64,000 nt of DNA from Candidatus Eiseniibacteriota bacterium (GCA_041483195.1 JBGPFC010000001.1:128001-192000); one strand, 5' to 3'; positions 28,701-37,450 are shown, counted from the first letter of the stretch. Notes: generated from the letters alone by a model not told the origin. Program-made: numbers and translations.

Positions 28701-30606
28701 GCGCTCCGACTCGGTCCGGGACGCCGGCGCGGACTTCGCGCGATCGTCGTGGACCCGGGTCGCGCTCGACGCCCACCTGAAGGCGCGCAGCGGCGGATCG
28801 CGCGAGGACTGGCAGGAGGCGCTGCGGCTCTACGACATGCTGCTCGCGCACTGGCCGAAGGACGCGAACGCGCCCGCCATCGAGCTGAACGCTGGCGAGG
28901 CCAGCGCCCGGCTCGGCGACCACGCGGCCGCGCTCGGCCACTACGCGGCCGCGGCCCGCGGCGGCCCCGACAGCATCGCGTCGCTCGCGATGTGGCAGCG
29001 GGTGGCCGTGACCGATGCCTGGTACGAGTCCATGCGCGCGCCGGGGTCGGCCGCGCGCGCCGCACTCGGCCCCGACTCGCTCGCGCACGCCGTGATCGAC
29101 GCCGGCGACGCGCTGCTCGCTCGATTCCCCGAGCACCCGCAGGGCGCGAATCTCGTGTGGCGCCAGAGCCAGATCGCGCTGGCCCACGGCTGGTACGAGC
29201 GCGCCGCGCGCGATCTCGAGCGCATGAGCACGCGCTACCCGGACGACCGGCGCTCGGCGACCGCCGCGTGCCAGCGGGGCGACGCGTTCTTCCATATCGG
29301 CCAGTACGAGGCGGCGGGCGCAGCCTTCGAATCGGCGCTGGCCGCGGCGCGGCGCGCCGGCCGCGATTCGCTGGCGCGGGTCGCGGCCCAGGCGATCCCG
29401 GTCTGCGCCTACCGCCGCGCGGAGGCTGCGGTGGCGGAGGACTCGACCCGGTACGAGCGCAACGCCGCGCTGTTCGAGCAGGTCGCCGCGCGCTGGCCGG
29501 AATACACGTACGCGCCGCTCGCGGAGTATCGCGCGGGGCTCGCCTACCTCCGCGCCGGCCAGCCCACCGCCGCGGCCCGCGCCATGCAGGCGCTCGTTCA
29601 GAAGTTTCCTCGCAGCGAGTACGTGCGCGATGCCCAGCTCCAGCTCGCGAAGACCTGGGAGGCGAACGGCGCGCCGGAGCAGGCGGCGCAGGCCTACCTC
29701 GATTTCGCGAAGGCGTATCCCGACGACGAGAGCGCGCGCGGCGCGTGGCTCGAGGCGGCGGACCTGCTGGCCACCGCCGGTCTGAGCCAGCGCGCGGAGG
29801 ACCTGCGGCTCCAGTACATCGCGAAGTATCCCGATGACGTCGAGGGCGCGATGGAAATTCTCGAGGCGCTCGCGCGCCGCGATCTCGCGAGCGCATCGCC
29901 CGAGCGCGCGATCTCGACGCTGCTCGATCCGCCGGGCGCCGCGCGGCGCGCCGCGCCCGCGCCGTCGCACCTGGCCGCCTACCTGCGGCTGGCAGGCAGG
30001 CACCCGGAGCTGGCGTCGCGAAGCGTGCTGGCCCAGGTGCGATATCTGCAGGGCGAGGAGTCGCGCACGGCGTGCGCGGCAGCGCGGCTCATGCAGCCGC
30101 TGCCGCAGTCGCTCGCCGCCAAGCAGAGAATGCTGGACTCGTCGCTGGTGCGATACCGGCGGAGCATCGATCTCGGCGTTCCGGAATGGGCGCACGCCTC
30201 GGCGTTTCGCATCGGAGAGACGCTCGTGGACTTCGGCGAATCGCTGGAGCGAAGCCAGCGCCCTGCCGATCTGCAGGGGGACGATCTGCGGGCGTACGAG
30301 GACGTCCTCATGGAGCAGAGCCAGACCTTCTACGACCGCGGCGAGGGCGTGTGGACCGATCTGCTGCGCCAGAGGAATCCCCACGATCCCGACGACACGT
30401 GGATCGCCCAGGCGCAGGGCTCGCTCTGGCGGCGGCTCTCGAGCCGGTTCTACTACCGGCCGGAGGCGGACTTCCCGCTGGTGAGCGCGAAGGCGCCGCC
30501 CCGGGAGCACGAGACGAAGGCGCATCACGGCCGGTCGAAGGCGGTCGCGCGCGGCGCCGCGAAGAGCGCCCCCGCCCTCGCCGGCGCGGAAGGCGGCGCC
30601 CGATGA
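25714..30606 (+). CDS. Giant periplasmic TPR protein, GltD/AgmU-like
   Basis: 1630 aa with a signal peptide and many TPRs (ALYKMGWAHF, AEYRAGLAYL). GltD-like C-terminus PEWAHASAFRIGE...SQRPADL...YEDVLMEQ. Confidence 0.82.
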   Translation: MRPPPSFPTPTTLLWAVALACGACASARAEPALTDSSRRVRPAHEALDRDPLSLGRAVMEQSVSHPRGVVEQLEPIDFSLQPSWAEADRAAFLLGHAYLQLGSTDRFVSLARNVARWERKSAYTEWLAFQLLLIEAEGGDSLPAGPGAADAPLAGHLPPLAAAHGGDDATDSAALAAIDTSTAIGRDLAGAARIRLATRALERGDDARALLDGVPAGSRYASRAHHMLGLIALERGETERGMGLLASLLAGDSSYAERREAWLALADRTLEQGRWDAAHQSYEAIDRDWTLNRDALERVLAERAFDSMWAAWRADPQNSGAVMIDAAPARALAENLASESADLRARPATPTPALDVPRRAAPPRWPVPPPAPGAWKAVAAGERRAGEAADALERNRSAMEHELETLGDRRRYFGIGRERNALEAAQLVERTTRLAALRAQLDSIDAKLRAVRDEATRRVAMRAARILETCAGDAIWIGGMRRLNVDGPDRARAIATPDGYPGPDSVLAREDSLAAGIRGAVQAMAADAPGRIARSYAEAWRPKLIDRAIALNADAARGLAMTRVLGSSVDSSIAAAWTDETVRRLDARMLPLAERADSLRGAVATLRDGVARKAVDGALASLDGEREAIDYGLAASAYGLGVRLERSDSSSTLAAAAGASIARDTTGAAPEPGEEFDDPASSGARADAIVAIRAFLERHPRSLARGEMRFRLADLLMIDSRQAFRERMAGYVREQSEGGTAGAALPVMDHAPALALYREILAEDLDFPHRDAVLFDAGMILADDGDPEAARYFDRLVTDHPHSPYCQESYLRMGDMQFNEKRFAAGIELYQHAAAGTDLGMRVIALYKMGWAHFNEDRFMEAADAFRGVLDLYGSDRRAIPVDIEGESQAYLVHSLAAAGGAPTFEEYFGRIGARPYERTVLLALGQQFRRYGEFPRAAEIDELFIRRFPLDPDALVSAERLVETLRRSERPARERESRLALAPRFAPASEWFVAQRSDSVRDAGADFARSSWTRVALDAHLKARSGGSREDWQEALRLYDMLLAHWPKDANAPAIELNAGEASARLGDHAAALGHYAAAARGGPDSIASLAMWQRVAVTDAWYESMRAPGSAARAALGPDSLAHAVIDAGDALLARFPEHPQGANLVWRQSQIALAHGWYERAARDLERMSTRYPDDRRSATAACQRGDAFFHIGQYEAAGAAFESALAAARRAGRDSLARVAAQAIPVCAYRRAEAAVAEDSTRYERNAALFEQVAARWPEYTYAPLAEYRAGLAYLRAGQPTAAARAMQALVQKFPRSEYVRDAQLQLAKTWEANGAPEQAAQAYLDFAKAYPDDESARGAWLEAADLLATAGLSQRAEDLRLQYIAKYPDDVEGAMEILEALARRDLASASPERAISTLLDPPGAARRAAPAPSHLAAYLRLAGRHPELASRSVLAQVRYLQGEESRTACAAARLMQPLPQSLAAKQRMLDSSLVRYRRSIDLGVPEWAHASAFRIGETLVDFGESLERSQRPADLQGDDLRAYEDVLMEQSQTFYDRGEGVWTDLLRQRNPHDPDDTWIAQAQGSLWRRLSSRFYYRPEADFPLVSAKAPPREHETKAHHGRSKAVARGAAKSAPALAGAEGGAR

Positions 30607-31523
30607 TCCGCGCGGCCCATTGCGCGCGAAGCCGCGGACTGCACGCACGGCCGGTCGCGGCCCGCGGCATCGCGCTGCTCGCGCTGCTGCTCGCCCCGGT
30701 CACGCTCGGCGGATGCAGCGTGATGTCGCTCGGACGCCACATCGGCCTGCCGATGCACCACCCGAAGGTGCGGGCCTCCGCCCCCACCGATCGCACGACG
30801 GAGACGCGCGAGCAGATCGCGCTCCAGCCGCAGCAGCCCTACTGGCCATACCGGCTGGGCCAGATCGAGCTGGCGGCCGACTCGCTCGATGCCGCCGAGG
30901 CCGCGCTGCGCGCTTCGCTCGAGCGCGATCCGAACTACGCGCCCGCCCTCTCGCTGCTCTCGAAGCTCTACTTCGAGACCGGGCGTCATGCCGAAGCCGT
31001 GAAGTTGCTCGAGCCGGCGCGCTCGCGGCCCGGCGCGTTCTCGAGCGACGCGCGCCAGATGCTGCTCGCGGGGCTGGCGCTCCACGAGGACGCGCTGGGT
31101 CGCCCCGATCTCGCGGGCGCCGCGCTGACCGGCATGGCGCGGGCCGATCTCGAACACGCGGGTTCCGCGATGGTGTACGTGACGCTGCGCGGCGAGACCC
31201 CCGATTCGGCGGGCGCGCTCGCGACCGCGGCGCTCGGCGCGGACCGGAGCGCGGCGAACCTGAACAATTTCGGCATCACGCGGCTGCGCGCCGGCGATCC
31301 GGAATCCGCGCGCCGTGCGTTCCAGTCCGCGATCGATCGCGATCCGAGCCTTCCGGGGCCGTACTACAACCTCGCGATCCTGGAAAAGTACTACCGCCTC
31401 GACGACGCGGCGGCGGCCCGCTGGTTCAAGACCTACTGGAAGCGTTCGCAGGACGACCCCGACAGCCTGCTCGGCGTCTTCTCGGCAGGCGAGCCGGGCG
31501 GCGTCGCGCAGAAAGGGAACTAG
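30603..31523 (+). CDS. TPR lipoprotein, GltE/AglT-like
   Basis: ATGA overlap, lipobox TLGG-C, and TPRs LNNFGITRLRAGD...PYYNLAILEKYY. Confidence 0.78.
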   Translation: MIRAAHCARSRGLHARPVAARGIALLALLLAPVTLGGCSVMSLGRHIGLPMHHPKVRASAPTDRTTETREQIALQPQQPYWPYRLGQIELAADSLDAAEAALRASLERDPNYAPALSLLSKLYFETGRHAEAVKLLEPARSRPGAFSSDARQMLLAGLALHEDALGRPDLAGAALTGMARADLEHAGSAMVYVTLRGETPDSAGALATAALGADRSAANLNNFGITRLRAGDPESARRAFQSAIDRDPSLPGPYYNLAILEKYYRLDDAAAARWFKTYWKRSQDDPDSLLGVFSAGEPGGVAQKGN

Positions 31524-31526
31524 CGC

Positions 31527-31922
31527 ATGACGAGACCGCTCACGCTGTGCGCCACGCTGCTGATCGCGAGCCTCGCGACCGCGGCCGGCGCCGCGACCCA
31601 CGCCGCGACCGCGGCCGCGGCCGGCGCGACGACCCACGCCGCGACCGGGACCGGCGCGACGACTCACGCGCGGCACGACGGAGCGGCGCCGCCGGCGCGC
31701 CCGGCCGGCGCTCCGCGGAGGCTGGACGACATTCACATCGAAGGCGAAATCCCGGTGCCGCAGGTGCTGTTCATCACGGCACGCGAGCAGCGCCGCTTCA
31801 TGGAGTTTCAGAACGCACGCTATCTGAGGAGCAGCCGGAGGCTCGGTGAGGACACCGTGGCTCCGGATTGGATCGTCGTGACCAACACCCGGCCCACGTC
31901 CAGCAAGGAGAAATCCCGATGA
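31527..31922 (+). CDS. Small secreted protein, GltF/CglF-like
   Basis: Signal peptide, Ala/Thr/His low-complexity repeat, then LDDIHIEGEIPVPQVLFITAR. Lies between the GltE-like gene and the motor genes. Confidence 0.65.
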   Translation: MTRPLTLCATLLIASLATAAGAATHAATAAAAGATTHAATGTGATTHARHDGAAPPARPAGAPRRLDDIHIEGEIPVPQVLFITAREQRRFMEFQNARYLRSSRRLGEDTVAPDWIVVTNTRPTSSKEKSR

Positions 31923-32662
31923 ACGAACTCTCGACAGCGGCCTCCTTCTTCAAAGAAGGCGGCATCGTCATGTACTTCATGCTGGCGATCGCGGTGTTCG
32001 CGATCTCGATCGCCTCGGAGCGCTTCATCGTCATCTCGCGAGCCGGCCGGCTGAACAGCCGCAAGCTCGTCGAGGATCTGATGCGCTGCATTCAGCGCGG
32101 GGACGTCGTCGGAGCCCGCAGGTGCGCGCGGGTGTCGAACGCCCCCGCCGCGCTGGTGGCGGAAGCCATCCTGCACGTCGCGGACGGCGGCGAGGCCAAG
32201 ATGCAGGCCGCGGCCGACGACGCGGCGACGCTCGCGCTGGCCCCGCTGTCGCGGCGGCTGCCACAGCTCAACGTGCTGGCCAACGTCGCGACCCTGCTGG
32301 GGCTGCTTGGAACGATCTCCGGTCTGATCACGGCGTTCTCAGCGGTCGGGGCCGCCGATCCGGCTCAGCGCTCGGCGTTCATGGCCGCGGGCATCTCGAC
32401 CGCGCTCAACGCCACGGCGTTCGGCCTCCTGATCGCGATTCCGACGCTCATCGTGCAGGGCTACCTGGTGGGAATGGTCGAGGGCATCGCCGAGCAGGTG
32501 GACGAGATCAGCATCCGGCTCAGCCAGGGGCTGTCTCAGCCGGTGACCGGGCACGCGCCGAGTCACGTCCTCCCGCTTCACGCTCAGAAGACGGCCTCGG
32601 CGGCTCCGGCCCCGGTCGCCGCGCTCAGGGCAGGCAGCGCCGCGCAGGGTGGAGTCCAGTAA
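31919..32662 (+). CDS. MotA/TolQ/ExbB proton channel protein (AglR-like)
   Basis: ATLLGLLGTISGLITAF and GISTALNATAFGLLIAIP motifs, three TMs. Confidence 0.93.
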   Translation: MNELSTAASFFKEGGIVMYFMLAIAVFAISIASERFIVISRAGRLNSRKLVEDLMRCIQRGDVVGARRCARVSNAPAALVAEAILHVADGGEAKMQAAADDAATLALAPLSRRLPQLNVLANVATLLGLLGTISGLITAFSAVGAADPAQRSAFMAAGISTALNATAFGLLIAIPTLIVQGYLVGMVEGIAEQVDEISIRLSQGLSQPVTGHAPSHVLPLHAQKTASAAPAPVAALRAGSAAQGGVQ

Positions 32663-32665
32663 TCC

Positions 32666-33160
32666 ATGTCGACTCGCACGAATCGACGCCGGTCGTTCCG
32701 GCAGATCGTCAATTGCGACCTCGAGCTGAGGCCGCTGATGAACGTGTTCATCGTCCTGATCCCGATGCTGCTGATGTCGGCGGTCTTCATGGAAATCCGG
32801 GTCATCGAGATGACGCTTCCGCGGACCGTGCTCGCATCCGAGCACCCTCCCGTCGAGCCGTTCCATGTCGCGATCCGGATCCGCGCGAGCGACTACGTGG
32901 TGGAGACGAACGACATTCCGATCCTGACCATTCCGCGCCAGGCTTCCGCGGGAATCCCCGCGGCGCCGGGCGAGACCAGCTGGAACCAGCTCTCGAGGGC
33001 GCTCGCCACCATCGTGACCGCGCACCCCGAGAACCAGGAAGTCCGCATCATCGCGGAAGCCACCACCCGATATAAGGAGATCGTCGCGGTGATGGACCTC
33101 GCGCGGGCCGCCGGCCTGCCTCAAGTGGCGCTCGAGGGCGCCGCGATCGAAGGGACGTGA
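32666..33160 (+). CDS. ExbD/TolR family protein (AglQ-like), Asn at the usual TM Asp position
   Basis: LELRPLMNVFIVLIPMLLMSAVF, then IIAEATTRYKEIVAVMDLARAAG. Confidence 0.9.
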   Translation: MSTRTNRRRSFRQIVNCDLELRPLMNVFIVLIPMLLMSAVFMEIRVIEMTLPRTVLASEHPPVEPFHVAIRIRASDYVVETNDIPILTIPRQASAGIPAAPGETSWNQLSRALATIVTAHPENQEVRIIAEATTRYKEIVAVMDLARAAGLPQVALEGAAIEGT

Positions 33161-33161
33161 G

Positions 33162-33662
33162 ATGACACGCCAGCGTTCGGGCAGAAGGAGACGCGGCACC
33201 CGGCTGCGTGCGGATGGCGGGGTCAGTCTGACCTCGCTGATGGACATCCTCACCTGCCTGCTGTTCTTCGTCCTCAAGTGCTTCGTCGCGGGCGGCGAGG
33301 CGACGGTTCCACCTCCCGGTCTGGATCTTCCCCGCTCGACCGCGGAGCGCCCGATGGTGAACTCGCTGGTGATCGCGATCGACAAGCAGGGAATCATGGT
33401 GGGGAGCGATCGCGTGGCATCCCTCAGCGAGGCCGAGGCGGGCGGTCCGATGCTGATCTCATCGCTCGCGGCGCGCCTCAAGGCCGCGACCGAACAGGTG
33501 GACGACATCGCACGCCTCAAGGGGACCGAGGCGTCCAGGAATCGCGTGGTCACCATCCAGGGCGACGAGGGCATCGAGTTCCGCGTCCTGCAGAAGGTCA
33601 TGTTCACGCTGAACCAGAGCGGATATCAGAACATCGCGCTCGCCGTGATCAAGAAAGCGTAG
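33162..33662 (+). CDS. ExbD/TolR family protein (AglS-like)
   Basis: SLTSLMDILTCLLFFVLK, LDLPRS and IQGDEGIEFRVLQKVMFT. Confidence 0.9.
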   Translation: MTRQRSGRRRRGTRLRADGGVSLTSLMDILTCLLFFVLKCFVAGGEATVPPPGLDLPRSTAERPMVNSLVIAIDKQGIMVGSDRVASLSEAEAGGPMLISSLAARLKAATEQVDDIARLKGTEASRNRVVTIQGDEGIEFRVLQKVMFTLNQSGYQNIALAVIKKA

Positions 33663-33674
33663 GGGACCTTCCAC

Positions 33675-34811
33675 ATGGCGACACTGACCGCAGACGCCTA
33701 CCGGCGACCGCTCTTCGATCCGGAAGATCAGCTGTTCCGGAATTGCCTGCTGGGGTCCTCGGCGCTGGGCGCGCTGATCCTCGTCGCGATCCTGCTCACG
33801 CCGATCCGGGTGCGCATGATGACGCGCGTCGAGGAGCTGCCCACGCGCTTCGCCCGTCTGATCCTCGAGCCGCAGCCGCAGAAGGCCTCGTTTCCCAAGG
33901 CGGCGCCCGCCGCGGATCGCGTCGCCCCCGGACACCCGGGCGGCGGCGGCGGCGGCGGCGGACCCGCGGCCAAGGCGAGCACGCCAGCGCCAGCTGCCGT
34001 GATTCCCACGGCGGGCGGCCGGCACGATCTCCCGCCGCTCTCGCGGCCCGGAGCGGGCCAGGCGGGACGCGAGCGCGCCCAGTCCGAGGTGCGATCGGCC
34101 CTGGCGAGCTCGGCCGGCTCACTCGCGAGCACGCTCCAGGGACTCTCGACTTCGCTGCAGGCCCCGGCCCTCGAGGCGCCGAGTCACGCCGGGGGCGGGC
34201 GCGGCCACGCGCGGGTCGTGAGATCCGCGCGTTCGGACGATCAGCTGGGGGCGGTCTCGACCGGTATCGCGGGAGGAACGGGCTCCGCCGATCTCGGCAA
34301 CTCGGTGGTGGTCGGCTCGCTGGTCGCGATCGGGGATCTCGCCCGCGGTCCGGGCGGCGGATCCGGGGGCGGACTCGGCGGCGGCTCGGGCCGCGGCATC
34401 GGGAGCGGCACCGGCGACGGCCTGGGGAGCGGATCGGGCGGCGGCGAAGGTGGCGGATCGGGCGGCGGGATCGGGAGCGGAATCGGATCCGGATCGGGCG
34501 GCGGCTCCGGGCCCGGCGCCTATCGCAGCAACGCGTCGCTGCTGGCCGTGATTCAACGTTACGCGCCGGGAATTCAGTACTGCTACGGCAACGAGCTGAA
34601 GCGCGATCCCACGCTGCGCGGCAAGCTGGTCGTCGCGGTCACGGTGGCCGCTTCGGGTGACGTGATCGAGGCGACGGTCGTCCAGAACACCGTGGGCTCG
34701 CAGCGCCTCGCGGCCTGCGCGCTCTCGCAGATCAGGGACTGGAAATTCCCGGCCATCTCGGGGGGCGTGACCACGTTCCAGGCGCCGTTCGTGTTCACCC
34801 CGCCGAACTGA
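33675..34811 (+). CDS. TonB/TolA-like energy transducer with an AgmX/PglI C-terminal domain (GltG-like)
   Basis: Single N-terminal TM, long Gly/Ser-rich linker, then IQYCYGNELKRDPTLRGKLVV...ACALSQIRDWKFP...PFVF. Confidence 0.88.
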   Translation: MATLTADAYRRPLFDPEDQLFRNCLLGSSALGALILVAILLTPIRVRMMTRVEELPTRFARLILEPQPQKASFPKAAPAADRVAPGHPGGGGGGGGPAAKASTPAPAAVIPTAGGRHDLPPLSRPGAGQAGRERAQSEVRSALASSAGSLASTLQGLSTSLQAPALEAPSHAGGGRGHARVVRSARSDDQLGAVSTGIAGGTGSADLGNSVVVGSLVAIGDLARGPGGGSGGGLGGGSGRGIGSGTGDGLGSGSGGGEGGGSGGGIGSGIGSGSGGGSGPGAYRSNASLLAVIQRYAPGIQYCYGNELKRDPTLRGKLVVAVTVAASGDVIEATVVQNTVGSQRLAACALSQIRDWKFPAISGGVTTFQAPFVFTPPN

Positions 34812-34864
34812 GCGCGCGGCGAGGAACGGCGCGGCTGCGGAGTCGCCGGCGCGCGCCGCGAGAC

Positions 34865-34898
34865 GAAGAGCGGGGGCAGGCTGATGCCCCCGCTCTTC
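34865..34898. terminator. Hairpin between convergent genes, likely bidirectional terminator
   Basis: Perfect 14-bp inverted repeat GAAGAGCGGGGGCA / TGCCCCCGCTCTTC with a 6-nt loop. The U-tract is short. Confidence 0.7.
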
Positions 34899-34932
34899 CC
34901 ATGACGAATGCGCCCGATGAGTGCCAGCGGCG

Positions 34933-35922
34933 CTAGCGCCGCTTCTTCCTCGCGGCGCTCTTCTTCCCGGCCTTGCCGCGCTTCACGCTCTTGCGAGCCG
35001 CCTTTTTCTTCGCGGCCTTCTTCTTCGCGGGCTGCTTCGCGGCGCGCCGCTTCGGGGCGCGCTGCTTCGCGGCCTTGACCTTCGCCTTCACCTTCGGCTG
35101 CTTCGCGGACGCCCGCTTCGCGGCCGGCTTCTTCAGCGCGGGCTTCGGGGCGCTCAACTTCGAGTGCACGGCGAACATCGCGCCCAGTGGGTCCATCCCC
35201 TGCGCGATCCAATCGCCGCCCGGGACCTCCATCGGGCCGTTGATGATGGTCCCGCCGGCCCTGGTCGCCGTGGCCTCGGCCGCCTTGGAATCCTTGACCA
35301 TGATGTATGGAATCCACATCGGGGGACCCGGCATGGCCGGCGGCTTGTTGAACATGCCGCCCAGCGTGTTCCCCTTCCAGCCGTACATCTGATACGTCCC
35401 CATGTCGCCCATGTCCATCGACTCGGTCTTCTGCCAGCCGAAGAGCTTCTGATAGAAATCGAACGCCGCCTGCCAGTTCGTGGTGGCGAGCTCGTGCCAC
35501 GAGAAGCCGCCGAGCGCCGGCGCTTCGTCCCCGCCCTCGGCGCCCGCCGACTTGTACACGGCGAACACGGCGCCCTGCGGATCCTGGAGCACCGCGAATC
35601 GTCCCGCGTTCGCGATGTCGGTGGGCGCCTTGAGCGTCTTCGCGCCCAGCCCCTCGGCCGTTCGCACGGTCGCGTCGACGTCGGGCGTTCCGATGTAGGA
35701 GATCCAGGCCGGCCGCGCGCCCATGGCCTTCGCATCTTCCGGCAGCATCATCGTGCCCGCCGTGGGACCCGCGGCGGTGGTGAACAACGTGTACGAACTA
35801 TCGTGCTGCCAGTTCTCGGCCTTCCAGCCGACCACCTTCGTGTAGAACGCGATCGCGGCCTTCGTGTCGGTGGTCAGGACCTCGTGCCACACGAAGCGCC
35901 CGCGGACTTTTCCGTTCGACAT
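34933..35922 (-). CDS. VOC/glyoxalase family protein with a Lys/Ala-rich histone-H1-like tail
   Basis: Two glyoxalase repeats (FVWHEVLT...DPQGAVF; FSWHELAT...DPLGAMF), then a KPALKKPAAK...KKRR tail. Confidence 0.9.
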   Translation of the reverse strand: MSNGKVRGRFVWHEVLTTDTKAAIAFYTKVVGWKAENWQHDSSYTLFTTAAGPTAGTMMLPEDAKAMGARPAWISYIGTPDVDATVRTAEGLGAKTLKAPTDIANAGRFAVLQDPQGAVFAVYKSAGAEGGDEAPALGGFSWHELATTNWQAAFDFYQKLFGWQKTESMDMGDMGTYQMYGWKGNTLGGMFNKPPAMPGPPMWIPYIMVKDSKAAEATATRAGGTIINGPMEVPGGDWIAQGMDPLGAMFAVHSKLSAPKPALKKPAAKRASAKQPKVKAKVKAAKQRAPKRRAAKQPAKKKAAKKKAARKSVKRGKAGKKSAARKKRR

Positions 35923-36107
35923 GCTCGACCCTCCTCGTGGAATTGCACTCGACGTCGGCGAGCGGACCCGCGCTCAGCCAGGGGATCAAATCCGCGGCGG
36001 GGAGTCCGGTCAAGCCGAATGTAACGAATGCGGCGCGGGCGGGCCACCGGTGCGGGCCGGGTGCGGAAGGGGACGCGGCCTCGGGGGCTCGGCCGGCCGC
36101 GACGCGC

Positions 36108-36974
36108 TCACACCACCATCACGGCATCGAGCCAGCCGAGCAGGTCCTTGATCGCCTCGTCGCGGGCGGGATCGTTGAACACCTCGTGGTAGCCGTCCTT
36201 GTACGTGATGAGGCGCACCATGCCGTGCGGCGCCGCGCCGTTGAACTCGAGCGAGCCCCTGGGATCCACGACGCGATCGGCGGCGCCGTGCAGCACCAGG
36301 GCCGGAACCTGGAGCCGCCGCGCCTCGCGCAGCACGCGCTGGCGGGCTTCGTTGAAATCGAAGTAGAGCCGCGGGCTGATGCGGTCGTGCATCAGCGGAT
36401 CGCTCTTGCGCGCGGCGAGCACCTCGGGGTCGCGCGACATCCCGCTCTCGTCGAGCCCGTGGGGAAATCCGGCGGAGGGCGACGTCACGCGCGCCACGTT
36501 CGCGAGCGCGAGCTTCCACCAGGGCGGGATGGTGCTGCGCAGGCCGGGCGCCGAGGCCACCACCGCGAGCAGCGCGCGCGGATGCGTGATCGCGAAGTCG
36601 AGCGCGAGCACGGCCCCCAGGCTGTGCCCGAGCAGCACCCGCTTCAGCTCGGGGGGATGGCCCGGCAGATTGCGCGGCGCCGTGAACAGCGCGCGGACCA
36701 CCTGGTCGCGGAACTGCGGCCACGACGGGATGTCTCCGCGCGGGCCGGGCGCCTCGCCGTGGCCCGGCAGATCGAGCGCCACCACGGTGTAGCGCGCCTT
36801 CACCAGCTCGCTCGCGAGCGCGGCGTAGCGGCCGCTGTGTTCCCCGAGGCCGTGCACGACCGCGATCAGCGCGCGCGGACGTTCGGCGCACCACACGCGC
36901 CCCGGGAGCACCATCCCGCGCTCGAGCCGCACCTCGATGCCGCTCGATGGAACGGATCCGACGGCGGGATTCAC
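36108..36974 (-). CDS. Lysophospholipase / monoglyceride lipase-like alpha/beta hydrolase
   Basis: VHGLGEHSGRY, DLPGHG, GHSLG, HGAADRVV and YHEVFND. Confidence 0.92.
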   Translation of the reverse strand: MNPAVGSVPSSGIEVRLERGMVLPGRVWCAERPRALIAVVHGLGEHSGRYAALASELVKARYTVVALDLPGHGEAPGPRGDIPSWPQFRDQVVRALFTAPRNLPGHPPELKRVLLGHSLGAVLALDFAITHPRALLAVVASAPGLRSTIPPWWKLALANVARVTSPSAGFPHGLDESGMSRDPEVLAARKSDPLMHDRISPRLYFDFNEARQRVLREARRLQVPALVLHGAADRVVDPRGSLEFNGAAPHGMVRLITYKDGYHEVFNDPARDEAIKDLLGWLDAVMVV

Positions 36975-37450
36975 TCGGCGGGTTCCTCGGGTTCGTCGGA
37001 GGGGCCGGCCTCTTCACCATTCTCCCCGTCGCCGCCGTCCGACTCCTCCCCGTCTTCCTCACCGGGGGGCGACTGGAACATGAGGTCGCTCGAGGCGTAG
37101 GTGGTGCCGGTGTTGTGAACGAGCTTCACGGTCTGCTCGATGAACCCGGCGAAATCGTCGGGAGCCAGCGTGGCGAGCGGGTGCACGGCCACCGCCCACA
37201 CCTCGCGCCCCCTCAGCGCGTAGCGAGCATCGAGCGCACGATCGTAGTTGGCCTGGAGCAGCACCTGAAGGGTCTTCGGCTCCACCTCGCGCAGCTCGCC
37301 GATCGGGGCCATGATGCGCATCCGATCGTGGCTGTCGTCGCTGAACACGTACACCATGACCTCATCTCGCATGCCGCGCCAAAAGCCCGGCCGGCCTTCG
37401 ACATCGGACAGGTAGGAGTCGAGCAGCTTGGCGATGGCGGCGCTGGTCAT
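36971..37450 (-). CDS. YbjN / T3SS-chaperone-like fold protein
   Basis: DRMRIMAPI...LLQANYDRALDARYAL motif and an acidic tail. 4-bp overlap with the hydrolase gene. Confidence 0.6.
   Translation of the reverse strand: MTSAAIAKLLDSYLSDVEGRPGFWRGMRDEVMVYVFSDDSHDRMRIMAPIGELREVEPKTLQVLLQANYDRALDARYALRGREVWAVAVHPLATLAPDDFAGFIEQTVKLVHNTGTTYASSDLMFQSPPGEEDGEESDGGDGENGEEAGPSDEPEEPAE

Noticed and set aside
34340..34520. GGC-rich repeat as a separate element
   Set aside because: It encodes the Gly/Ser linker of the TonB-like protein.
25714..34811. Calling this a proven gliding-motility locus, or a standard Tol-Pal or TonB uptake system
   Set aside because: Only the core is recognisable: no GltI/GltJ-like genes and no FHA domain on the GltG-like protein. 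There is also no Pal and no TonB-dependent receptor.
36971..37450. Type III secretion system
   Set aside because: Only a chaperone-like fold is present, with no injectisome genes in the window.
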